The translations under genes and the position numbers were made by a program. A stretch of DNA of 64,000 bases from Moniliella sp. 'wahieum' (Eukaryota): NCBI GenBank assembly GCA_003971905.1, contig RSEE01000092.1, positions 124,001 through 188,000 on the forward strand, written 5' to 3'. How positions within the stretch are numbered: position 1 is the stretch's first letter; each line of letters starts with the position of its first letter. A model generated the notes under the pieces. That model was not told the origin of the DNA. It made no database searches and saw only the letters and a list, made by a program, of their open reading frames with translations. Of this stretch, positions 25,806 through 37,887 are shown piece after piece.

Positions 25806-26907
25806 ATGCCCCGCAGCAAGACCCTTTCGCCCGCCTCGCCCAGCGGCAAGCGCGGCAAGCGTGGCAAGCGCCCCGCCAAAGTCCGACGAGCTGGACACCG
25901 AGTCGGAGCAGAGCATGCCCAGCAGCCCGCCAGGACAGCCGAGCCGTCGCCGGCCTTGGTGCAGTTCGTGGAGCGCGACGGCCACTTTAGCCTGGTGCGC
26001 AACTTTCACCTGGCCGATGCGTTTACGCTGATGAATGGCTTTTGCGGTGCGCAGAGCATCTTTGCTTCCGGCCGCTACTTGCTCACCTCGGATCCGATCC
26101 ATATTTGGCATGCGCTCTGGTTCCCCCTGCTGGGCGCCGTGTTTGATCTGCTGGATGGGCGCGTGGCGCGGTGGCGTCGATCGTCGTCGTTGCTGGGCCA
26201 GGAACTCGACTCGCTAGCGGACTTGGTCAGCTTTGGCATGGCCCCTGCCTTCGCGGCGTACGCACTGGGCATGCGCACTTACCTCGACTCGTTGGTTGCT
26301 CACCATCTTTGTCTGCTGCGGCCTGGCCCGCCTCGCCCGCTTCAACGTCACGGCCGCCTCTCTGCCGCACGACAAGAGTGGCAAGCCAAGTACTTTGAAG
26401 GCTTGCCCATTCCTTCTTCCCTGTTGCTTGTGGGTGGGATGGCAGTGGCGCTTCTGTATGGTGCTGTGGATGCTGGTCCGGTCGGGCCGATCGAGAGCCA
26501 CCACAACAACTGTTTTCCGACGCGCCTTCCTCCTTGCTCCGGGCCTCACCCACCGCTGGACCGGGGCCGACCCCACCCTCTCGCGGTAGGTTGGTGCGGC
26601 GCGTTGGCCTCGGACGAGGCGTACCAATGGCGCGACGCGCAACGCCAAGCTGGTCACAGTGTTGTGCCAGGAGGCGTGGTGGATCTAGACCCAGGCCCGC
26701 TCTTGGTCTTTGTCCTGACCCACGTGGACCAACTGCGTGGCCACCTGGCGGCCAAATGGCCCGTCTTGGCCACCTGGTCCATCCCTACCACCTCCTTGGC
26801 CCTCTGCCCACACTCACCTCTCCTCCACCATCCATCGTCTCTCTTTTCCTATGGCTCTCATGGGCCATGGCGTTTATCTCCAAAACCCTCAGGTGCCCAA
26901 AACGTAG
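25806..26907 (+). CDS. CHO1: CDP-diacylglycerol--serine O-phosphatidyltransferase (phosphatidylserine synthase); frameshifted
   Basis: GHFSLVRNFHLADAFTLMNGFCG; CDP-alcohol phosphotransferase motif DLLDGRVARWRRSSSLLGQELDSLADLVSFG; CGLARLARFNVT; YFEGLPIP; C-terminal MAFISKTLR(V)PK. Confidence 0.93.
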
Positions 26908-29600
26908 TGTGCTGGTTTGGACCTTTGCCCCCCTTTGGACCTCGTGTGCTGGTGCTCCCTCGTCTGTGTTTTTTCTTTCGTGCTTCTACCCCGCTCCACC
27001 CCGCCCGTCCTTTCCTCTCCGCCCTTGTCTTCACTATAGAGACCTCTGGTCCCCTTCCTTTCCACCTTGGCCTGCAATTGAAACGAAGCTTTTGTTTTGT
27101 CCATGTCGGTGGGATGAGACCAGAACAAGGGTTCTGGCGAGTACATTTAGAGGCCGGTGAGGAAGCCCTGCTAGGACGTGGATTCGATTGGTCCGAGGGA
27201 CAGGCAGAAAGTAAGAAGAACGAGGAGCTGTTGTACCGCCGCTACTGTGCGGGACGCTGCCCTAGTCAAGAGGTTCGATCTAGACTTCAAAGCCTGCGCA
27301 GCGCTCCCACATGGCGCCTCCACCGTGTTACAATTGTAAGCTGCATGTATAGTAGACACCGCGGGCGCATTCCTCTCTTCCTTACCGTCCCACCCCTTCC
27401 CTCACTTCGTTACCGCGTTCTCGCTCATCTGCTTCTGGTAGCTCCGACAGACCGCACCGTCTGCCTGCCGTAGTCCGCCGCTACAGAGCTACGGATAGAG
27501 GTGCTTGCATCGCTCAGCCAACGTGCGAGATGGAAAGGACAACGTACGGATGAGCAGAGAAAGAGAAACGAATGAGAAAGGCAGGACAGAAGGAAGGAAG
27601 GAAGGGAAAGGGGGAGGGGGAGGGGGAGGGTACTACTATATGCAGTGCGCTGCCCCAGGTATATAGATCCCCTCTTGAGGCGGGAACGGAGGGCAAGCGG
27701 TTGATAGGGTGTGCGTGTTGTTGGAAACGGCCGGATGTCGACAAAGGCCCGCAGAGCTGTGCACACAATATGGACGATCCGCGTACCTCACACCAAAGTC
27801 GCCCGAGGGGTCCCTGTGACACCAATGTTTTGCTATAGTACGAATAGTGATCGATTGTGGTCTTGGCCTCCTTGCCTTCGAAGTTTTGCTCCACCAGTAT
27901 CCCCCTACCCCGCTTAACTGCTCGTATGCCTCGGCGGTGGGTCAAGGAGGATGATGCAATGCAACGCAATCCGCGGACATAGGCAGCCAGGGGGGCACAC
28001 ACATACACACTCGTACACACGCACCACACACACACAAGCCCCCCTCCACCCCTTTTCGAATGATTTTGCACTCTCGCCTGGCAAGTCGCTGGCCAAGATG
28101 AACACATACTAGTACTAAGCTCGCAGTGAAACCCACAGTCTAGAGGACGAGAAGAGCGAGGGTGTGTTGGTCCTTGGCTTTGGGGCCAAGCAAGCTTCCC
28201 CGGATAGTTAGCCTCTCAGATCTCAGAGGATCCCCACAGAATCTCTGCAGTGGCCCCATCTTTTTCTGGCGTGAGAGCCCCACTGCGTACAGTTCTCTTG
28301 TACCCATCATGCACATCATGCTTCCCTCTCATGCGATTCGTGTTTCAAGACTGGGCGGGAGTTGGAGAACGTATACCCTAAGCGCACTCGGTACCCCCAA
28401 CTGCAAGCACATGATGCATGGGACCTCTGAACTACGGCAGGCGTGCCAGGTCGGGCCTATACCTCTCCAACAAACTGAGCTCTGAAGAGGCCTCTCACAA
28501 AATCCCGGGGGCACCTATCTCCTATTTCCCTCGATTGGAAGCGTGGAAATGGTTCCACCCCCTCCCTCTACTGAGTGATGGTGAGGTCGTTGAGAGGTAG
28601 ATGTTCGAGGGCACCCATAAGCTCGCCGATGAACGAAGGGTGTTGAATGTAACAAACAAAGACGGTCATCGGATCGATCATCTCAACCACAGGTTAAGTA
28701 CACATCACTTTTGTAATCATATGGGACCGCAGTGCGGTGCGCCCCGGCGCAATCCCCCGCCATAGGATGTATGTGCGCGGTTCCAACGCAATTGGTCCGC
28801 TGTGCCGGTGTTCCAGCAGGTGTAGCGCGGGACTTCCATGCGTCTCAATCACCTCTTCCAGCTTCAAGCTTCCAGTCTCTTCGATCTTTCCTCCTCTCCC
28901 TTACCGCCTAAGGCCAAGCCCCCCTCCCCACACATCTATTTATCATCCTGAAGAGGAAAACTACTACTAATAGAGGGAAGGGGAGTCGAAGAGTTGAAAA
29001 CATCTCATGTCATGCAGTGACCACATTGCATTGCGTTTTCCAGAAGCGCCATTTTTGGAAAGTGGGTATTCAGCTTTTTTCCTCTACCCCCCGTCCTCTT
29101 ACCCTCTCCTCACCACGTTCTCATCCCCCCTGCTCACAGTATAGTTAGGCGGGCCCATAGGCTCTGATCCGGCATGTCGACCACGGGGAGACGGACCGCG
29201 TGAACTCGAATATACATGCACAATTTCTATGGAGGCATGGGGGCGATGTGCCGTGGGCGGGGTAACCGGTAATGGCCAGCTGCAGCGATAATACCGTAGC
29301 TCCTAAGATCCAAGTTCCACGCCGGGAGCGGTGAGTACTGTATGTATATGCACTCTCCCCAACTGGAGCCCCTCTGTGATCAGGCATGCCAGAGAGGTCG
29401 GCCAGCATGCCAGATCGTTGCCCCTCGGATCGATTTTCTTGGTGAGATGGGGTGCATGGACTTTTACATGTTCCCATGTTACCGGTTACCGGTTACTGCC
29501 AGTGATTGGTACGCGTTACACGTATACGCGTACGGATGGTCTTTTGGATTTGTGGCGCTTCTGTGCCCGAAGGCCGAACGCCCTCTGAGATCTGTGAGAT

Positions 29601-29678
29601 GTACCACAGTACCACAGTACCACAGTACCACAGTACCACAGTACCACAGTACCACAGTACCACAGTACCAGTACCACA
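29601..29678 (+). repeat. (GTACCACA)n octamer tandem repeat upstream of WC-1
   Basis: About 8-9 near-perfect copies seen directly. Confidence 0.92.
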
Positions 29679-31192
29679 GCAATAATACCACAGAGGACAC
29701 TGAGAACTACAGCTTACAGAGAGAACCACATATAATCACTGTCATGCATGCCACAGAAGACCACAGTCCCAGACTGCCTCCGACGGCAGGTTCCCGCCGG
29801 CTGACATGTGATGGATGTCCCTTGTTGGTGCGATGGATTATCGAAAGGTTCAGCACTGGTGCACCACTCATCTAAGGGAGGTGTTAGGTCTTAGACTGCG
29901 CGAACCTCTCTGTGCTGCCTCAGCGTTCGATTGGGGGCCATGGTGGGGCACGGGTACCAAACAGAAAAGCGAGAGAGAGAAGGGGAGAGGAAGAGGGAGA
30001 GGAGTTATCTGAATCTTGAATCTTGAAGCTTGAAGCTAGCTGGCTTAAAGTTCTTAAAAGAGAGGGAACTTGGCGTGTTTTGACGGATGCATTGGATTAA
30101 TAGTGTCTTGTCGACGCTTGAAGCTAGCTTGACGCTTGAAGCTTCAAGGGCAGGAGGAACAAAAGGCGGCGAGGGGGGAGCGGTGTGACATGAAATGTGG
30201 TGTTGGCAGGTGTTGCTTCTTGCATCTATAGGCGCAGAGATCGGCCGTATAGGTGCGCTCCCTATTGTCACTAGCGCCCGTAGTGACTATACGATGTCGA
30301 TGACGGTTGCGCAGCTCCCCGCGGATGGACAGAGGAGGATGGGATGGGATGGTCGTGACGCGTGTGATGAGCCCGACGCGGATGACGCGGATGACGCGCT
30401 GAGGGGGGGGTGGATGGTGTTGCAGCCCTGGGGGATGGCCGATGGCCGATGGGGGCATGCCGTCGTGCCTGCGACGGCTAGTAGTCACCAGTCACTGTGA
30501 CGAGTGAGCAGGTCACACACTGGGATGTGATGGGGTGACATGCGATCGATAGGCAGGCAGCAGGAGGGCGCGTGCGCTGGGGTACGTAATATGCGCCATG
30601 CGTCGAGCATCCCAAACAGCGCTCGCGATCGAGGGCGCATTCAGTACGTCCGTACTCACGCCGTACTCCCCGTCCTCGCCGCTGGGGGCCGAGTACGTAA
30701 CAGGCTGCCCCTCGCACCCACCACGCCTGGCCTGGCCAGCGACCGGCCTCCTCGCTCGCCCCCGCCGCCACCGCATCCACTCGCCCCACGCGCCTCTCCG
30801 TCGCCCCCCCGCCGCCACCGCCCGCCGCCCCTGCTCTTCTTGCCCGCGCAGCTTCCGCTGCCCTCGGGCTTGCTAGCACCTCTGTCCGCGCCCCGCCCCC
30901 TGCCTCCACTAGCGCACCGCCCCAGCCCACCCGTCGCGCCTTCGCGCGGCCCCTTCGCCTTCCCCTTCGCCCCCTCCCCTTGGGGTCCACGTCGTCACTT
31001 TCCTGACGCACGGTCCCCCGCTCGCATCGCTCCGTCGATAGCTTGAGCCCCCCTCCCCTCACCACACCCTTCGCGCCGCGTGTCTTCGGTGTCTCGCCTC
31101 CGTCTCCGTCTCCGTCCTCGTTTTCGTCCTCGTTTTCGTTGATCGCCCGGTAATTTTCCAGTAGAAAATACTCGACTCGCTTCGTCCTCCAG

Positions 31193-31248
31193 GTACGCAT
31201 CCCCACCGTTATGTCTGCCATGCCGTGCTAACCCGCTTCCCCGCCTAG
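31193..31248 (+). other. Probable 5'-UTR intron of the WC-1 transcript
   Basis: AG|GTACGC donor, GCTAAC branch point (31227-31232), CTAG acceptor; 56 nt. Confidence 0.6.
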
Positions 31249-31463
31249 ATTTAGTGGCAGCGTATATCCTGTCCTAGTGCTTCCCTCTTTCGCCACCTCT
31301 TACTGTGGCCCTTCTTTCTCCTAGCGTCCGACCGTTACGCTTCTCCCCCCCCCTCCCCCCTTGCTCCACCTTGTGCTCCCGCCCCACTGGCTGGTTGAGC
31401 CTTTCAGCTCCAGTCTGCACCTCTCTAGCCCAGCCTCGTTTCTCTTGACTCCGCGTCTCCAGT

Positions 31464-34400
31464 ATGGACACCCACCTTCCCAGTTTGGATGGGCAGGCGG
31501 CCGTGCCCCACCACCAATCCATCAGCCACGAAGAAATTCTTTCCCTGCTTACCGCCACAGCCTACGCTGATTTCCCCGTTCTCGACCCCCTGGCGCAGAC
31601 CCCCACGATGACTTCCCTTCCCCCCCCCACCTACTCTCCCATGCCTACCTCGGCCCGCTGGGTGTCGTTGGCCCCACCTCCTCCGACCCTGCCACTGGCT
31701 GGTTGAACGGCGCCCGCTTTGACTCCCCGTTCCTCTCCCGCTCCCCTCCCGTCCAGGCTTCGATCCTACATGACCTCTCCCACAACCACATGGACCAGCC
31801 GCCTCCTCCCGCCCTCGTCAGTAGTGGGCAGGACGGCCCTCTCGTCGATGGACCATTCCCTGGTGGTCATGGCCCGCGTGGTGTGGCCGACCATCATGGG
31901 AAGACCCATGTGGATGGCCAGCTCGATCCTGGTCCTTCTTCTGGCCCCAATGGCCACCTGGACGACCTCCCCTTTCCTCGTCCCGATGGGAACCAGGACA
32001 GCCACACCAATCTTGATGGCCACGCCAATGGCCATGCCGGCTCCAATGGCCTGGCGAATGGTAATGCCGATTCCCTAGGTATTGCCAATTCCAAGGCCCA
32101 GGCTCACCAGCACCTTGATACGCCTCCTTCTCTCACTACAGTGGATGGTAGCTTCCCCCTCAACGGAAAGCTCTCCGTCCCGCCGGCACTGGATCGGCAT
32201 ACCGCTCCAACGCAAGATGGCCATACCAGCTTTGATCGCACCTCGCTGGCGCGTCTTAATGGTGACCGCTTCGCTGATTCTACGGGCAAGTTCAGTCCGT
32301 TCCAGCCTGGACCTGATCAACAGGTGGTGCAGGGTAGGAGGGATGCTGCCTCAGAGCAAAGTAAAACCGCCAGTACAAATGGCGGTGGGAAGCAGCATCA
32401 TGTGCCCGCAGCACAGGGAGGGGCCGCTGCCTCGATATCAGGTGCAGATGGCCTGAATGGGCGGCCAACCCCATCTACGCGGACAATGAGCTTACAGTGT
32501 CTCCCTTCGAGTGTGCCACACTCTCAACAGCAAGTCCGTCAAGACCAGCACGTTCATCATCCTCCCCACTCTTATCCGCAGCAACACGCCTTCCTGCACC
32601 CAGAAGCCAGTGCCCATCCCAATGGACGCTCTCACTCTGCGACGAGCTACCGGGCTGGTATCATTGCCCACCACGAGGCGTGGATGCAGTCACACAAGCC
32701 CGGCCAGGCGCAAAGTCGCGACAACAGTGCTGTTACGGACCGGCCACCTCCTCGTCCTCAGCTTAACGGATACACCTCTATGGACGGTCATCTTGACCCG
32801 CACATTGACAATGGCGCCGCCTCGGACGATGAGGGGTACACCTCCATGGACGGCCATCTGGACCAGCACATGGCTGCCCCGGTGGTGGAAACATCCTAGA
32901 CGCATGTCGCTCGTCTCTTGACTCGGCGCCCACAGGGCTGGACACCATGGAAACCGAGCCCGTTGTCCAGCCTGCGCAGGCGGCCGGGTCGGTACCCCCT
33001 CAGGGCAGTAAAGCGAGCGAAGATGCATCCACCTCCACCCCCGCTCCCGCTGGAAAGCTGATCAATCGCCCCCGGTTGACACTGCAAGAGCGCCGCAAAA
33101 CTCATCCGTCTCCGTGAGGCGCGGGCCAAGTTGCGTGCTTCGCTACAGCCTCAGCCTCATGAGAGGAGGAGAGGCCATGGAGGCGCCGCCGAGCGTGGGC
33201 CCACGCTCAGCGCCGCGTGCCAAGCACAGTTATCGTCCTCGGCAACAATCGCCCTCGACGCCCTCGGCATCTGGCAGCGAGATGGTGCTCGGTCCGTCCG
33301 AACCTTCGTCCGGCCCAGTCCCGAGGCCCATCCCGCGCTCCTTGGGGCCTGTAGACCCAGTGCCGCCCGTGCAGCGCCTGCAGACCCAGCCGCCGTTGCC
33401 GTTGCTCCCGCCCCCGCCTCCGCCGCCAGCAGCCGAGCACGGCTGGGAGTCTGTCATCCCCCGCGCAGGAATGGCGACCCGCTACCCATCACGGCTTACA
33501 GCTCGACCGGGTTCGACATGCTTTCTGCCCTGCTGCGCGTCGCCTCTCGTCCCAAGCCCGTCATCTCCCTTGGCCCTGTTGACCTATCTGCCGCGTTCAC
33601 CGTGGCGGACATTAGCTGCCCGATTACCCTTGATCTACTGCAGTGATACGTTCCTCCTAACAGGGTATGAGCGGCACGAGGTGCTTGGGCGCAACTGCCG
33701 CTTCCTTCAAAGTCCCGAAGGGGTAATGGCCAAGGGCCAATACCGCGTTACCACCGACGAGGCGGCCGTTGCCCACCTGGCGCGCCATCTGAGCTCGCAA
33801 GAGGAATGCCAGGCGAGTCTCATCAATTACCGCAAAGGCGGCCAGCCGTTCCTCAACCTTGTTTCGCTCATCCCATCCCCTGGGGCACCGAGCCTGGAAT
33901 CAAGTACGTGGTGGGATTTCAGGTGGACCTGGCTGCGCAGCCGGGGGCCGTGCTGGAGCCTATGGATTCCGGTGGCGTGGCAGTCAACTACCGCCCGCCA
34001 GAGTCGCATCACCGCTCGCACGATGGAAGTTACCCTCGGTCTTTGGCCCGACTACGGTGACGGGCCCGTGGAATGCAGTGACGGCACTCCATGTGTCCGG
34101 GGGCATTCCTGACCCGATGATCCACCGTGCTCAGAAAAACCAGAACCCACGGCAAATGGCCAACGCACGTGCTATCATGCAATCCCTCTACCCTTCCTCC
34201 CCCAGCTCGGACGGAAGCGCCACTTCGCGTCCCGGGTCGCGCCGTTCGGATTGGGCACCAATCGTGCTGGACAACTTGCCGGATATCATCTATGTCTTGT
34301 CGCTCAAGGGGACGGTGCTGTACATGTCTCCGAGCGTGGAGCGGGTGGCAGGATGGAACCCGGGCGAAATGGTGGGCCATTCAATTGGCGAGTTTATTCA

Positions 34401-36299
34401 CCCGGCCGATGTCGTGCCTGTCTTCCGCGAACTGAAAGACTCCACTTCTACCGCTGCCATTCAGGCTGCCACACGAGCCGGCCAGGCCAAGATGAATGCG
34501 TCGCGTGCCCACGCCCAACGGCAGGAACAGCCTTCGTCTACAACCCGTCTCGCCGAAAGCTCAACCCCTCTGACTCGGGCGGAAACTCAAATGAGTATGA
34601 CAACGCCAACACCACCGCCAATGCCAGCGCCAACACCAGCGCCAACGCAAAGGCCAACGCCAAAGCGAATGGGAAGCAAAAGGACGCCCAACTGACCGGG
34701 CGGCAGAGCACCAACTCGGGCTCCCCTTCGACTTCGGCCATGGAAGGGGCGGAAAAGGCGAAGGATCGACCTGCCCGCCCGTCGCCGTTTGGTCGTTGGT
34801 CGGCCCCCACGGTGCACCTCCTATTCCGTATGCGGGTGAAAGACTCCCCACTGCACCGGTGGATCGAGTCGAGCGGGCGAATGCACATTGATCAGGGCAA
34901 AGGACGCAAAGTCGTCGTCTCTTCCGCCCGGCCGAGGACGGTGCACTTTGTTCCGGCCCGTTTTGAGCTCCATTACCTCCTCGTCCGAGACGGGCTTCTG
35001 GGCCCGGATGAGCAAGGATACGGGCGTCTTGTTGGCCATCACGGCTTCGGTTGTCCAGGTCTTGGGCATCACGGCGCACCAGTTGACGGGACAGTCGGTG
35101 AAGGATGTGAGTTCTGCCGAAGGTGCCGCCGCTTTGCTCACGGCTCTCCATGCGCCTCAGTCTTCCCTGGTCCTGCATTCGTTGCGCAACAGCATGGGCC
35201 ATGCTGTCATGGTCCTGACCCAACTGTATCCCACCGCGGCTCCTCCCCAGGCGGGTACCGAGGTACTCCCTGCCCAGGACGACGAGCCGCGGTGCGTGTG
35301 GGTCCAAGTCCGCCGTCTTCCGCCCACCGTATCGCTCGAGGCGAATGTGGTGTACATGACCGAGGCATCCGACGCAGCTCCGCCCGGGACCAATGCGAAT
35401 GCGGGACGAGGGGAAGAAGGTGTGTTTTCCGAGCTGGATCCACAACGGGCTGCTAGCTGGCAATACGAACTGCACCAACTCAAGCACCTCAACAAACGGT
35501 TACGGCAAGATGTGCAGCTGGCCTATACCAGGCGCCGAGGGCAGCCCGTTCATCTCTGGGACCCGGCTCGCCCCTCGGCTCGATCCAGCCGATTGAGCGA
35601 GACAACGGCCACAGGGCGCGACCGAATCCGCCCAGCCTCGAGCTTGTTTCCCGATAAGACCGATCCCGATGGCTCGCCCTCCCAGTCCTCGGCGGGCGAC
35701 CGCAACACCCCGGTCGATCGGCTGTTTGCGCCCAAGCGGATGAGGAAGGCGGGTCAGGCTCTGGCGAAGGCTCCAACGGGTCGGAATCGCGCGGGTCGGG
35801 TTCCCATGGCTCGGGCGAAGGTGGCGACGGCGCCGGTTCGGGGTCGGGGTCGGGGTCGGGATCTGGTTCAGGCTCGGGCTCGGGCTTGGGCTCCGGCACG
35901 GGATCCGGGTCCAACTCGGGTCCCGCCACCAGCTTGACCACGGCCGCCACGTCGCCCGGCGCCGATGGGCGTCGGACCATGGTGCATTCCTCCAAGGACA
36001 ACCAGAACAGCGGTGCGAGTCTGTTGAGCCATGACGAGGCGCCGCCGTCACCGAAATCGAGTGGGGCAGGGTCGTTGGCGCCGTTGGACCCGACCGGATC
36101 TTCCAATGGGTCCACTGGCCAGTCTAACCCCGCTTTGTCGGTGTCCTGGCTAGTTCCTCCCACTCGGCTTCTCTTTCGCCCGCACACGCGCCCACGCTTC
36201 GTTGGACCGGATCCCCCGCTCGCGCACGCGCCGCTTGGGCGCCCCGTCTACCGAGTCGGGCGATTCGGGCGACCGCGCAGATTCGTCCGGCTAGAATAG
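31464..36299 (+). CDS. WC-1: White collar 1 blue-light photoreceptor (LOV + PAS-B + PAS-C, no GATA finger: basidiomycete BWC1/Dst1 type); frameshifted, ends approximate
   Basis: YSSTGFDMLSALLRVASRPKPVISLGPVDLS N-cap; LOV signature GRNCRFLQSP (Cys codon 33696-33698); NYRKGGQPFLNL; YVVGFQVDL; PAS-B DIIYVLSLKGTVLYMSPS...HPADVVPVFRELKDS; WIESSGRMHIDQGKGRKVV; SWQYELHQLK. Confidence 0.93.
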
Positions 36300-37247
36300 G
36301 GTAGGGTAGAGTGCCCTTTACTTTTGCTCCGTCCGCCATTCGCCGTTCTTCTCGCCATTCAAACCCCTTCATCCCCTGTTCTCAACCCCCCCCCCCACCT
36401 CTCACCCTAACCCTTCTACATCTTACCTACCCCCCTCTTCCTTCTACCTTCTACCTTCTACCTTCTACCTTCTACCTTCTACCTCCTGCCCACCCTGTTT
36501 TCTTTTTCTGCTCTGGGAAATCGCAGTGCTTATCATCTTCTCAACTGCTGTTAGGGCCCGTTTGGAGATGAATAATACTGTAGGTGGGAGAGTGGATAGG
36601 ATTGGCGACTTTTTTAGTCGGAGCGACGCGGCACATGCATGTGCCACCCCGCACCTCGCTCTCGACCATCTTTTGCCCTCCGTGTGGGAAATGATGCAGC
36701 GAGGCCAAGGGTCCGATCAGGAAGCTTCACTAGGTTCACTGTCCGACCATCAGCGTTCGTTTGCGGATAAGGCCGGCGGAGAGGAGGGGCTGAGCGCTGA
36801 GCCTCAGCGCTGAGGGAAAAGTTATACAGAAGAAAGAATGCAAAGCAGGGCATAACGCGGTAGGCCCATCTTGTATAAACGGTAAAAGAGCAACACAGGG
36901 ATCGGTACCAGTAATCTCAGGGACAGCCTCGTGGCCCCAGGCTCTGCTCCATGCCATTGCAGGGAAGGTACCCTTTGGGCCCACCGGAATGGAGCATGGA
37001 CCATCCCATGGGGCATCTCTATGCTTTGCTTCCCGAGCCCAAAGGGGGAGGCTGTGGTAAACGTAGCGCGCGAATGCTCGGGATGGTTGGACTCACATAT
37101 ATCTAGCCCCCCGGGCTACTACGCCCAAAAGGCCACAGCCTGAATGCCCAGAAACCCAGAACGATGGTGAGGTACCTTTTGCCGATCAACTCTTCTCCCG
37201 GAAAGCCAGAGGTGAGATCGGCGGCTACCTCCGGTGACCCCCATCTA

Positions 37248-37300
37248 TACATCTACACCTACACCTACACCTACACCTACACCTACACCTACACCTACAC
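37248..37300 (+). repeat. (TACACC)n hexamer microsatellite between the convergent WC-1 and C2H2 genes
   Basis: Seen directly. Nearby are (CTACCTT)n at 36443-36484 and (CCTA)n at ~37445-37468. Confidence 0.88.
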
Positions 37301-37887
37301 TACACCTACCTATTCCTTTGTCCATCCTCCATCCTCCATCCGCACTGCGGAATGCTTAATCGTGAATGCAGTCTTGGATCCCCACACAGTTCCCCACGGA
37401 TGTGAGGGCAACGGGGTGCCGGTGGGGATTCTCCACACCACCTGCCTACCTACCTACCTACCTACCTACTTACCTTTCGCGCTGAGCTACCTGGTTGCGC
37501 CTTGGAAGTATGCTCCAAGCAAGCAGCATGCAATCCATGCCATGCAATAACAGTCCAGAATCCAAGCACGGGCACCAACCCCGCTGAGCCACGGGGGCTA
37601 GCACGGCACGAACGGTCCACGGCAGAGAGAGATAGTAGCGAGGGAGGGTACAGAGACGCGGAAGCAGGGGATACACATGAGATGAAGGTGGGGGGAAAGA
37701 GTAAGGGGGCCCAATGCACAGTTGGCCCGCCCATCCTACATCTAAGGCAGGGGAGCAGGCCATACCTGGCGGGCCCGACAGACAGGCCGAACAGAAAGAA
37801 GAAAAAGGAAAAAGAAACAGATCAAAAACTCCCAACGACGGTGTAGGGGCACGGTACCATACCGTACGGTACCGTCCTACCGTGGGG

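Noticed and set aside
29280..29305. TPP riboswitch (GATAATACC)
   Set aside because: The flanking CTTGATCTG...AGCG and upstream CTGAGA elements are not correctly placed, and no thiamine gene is adjacent.
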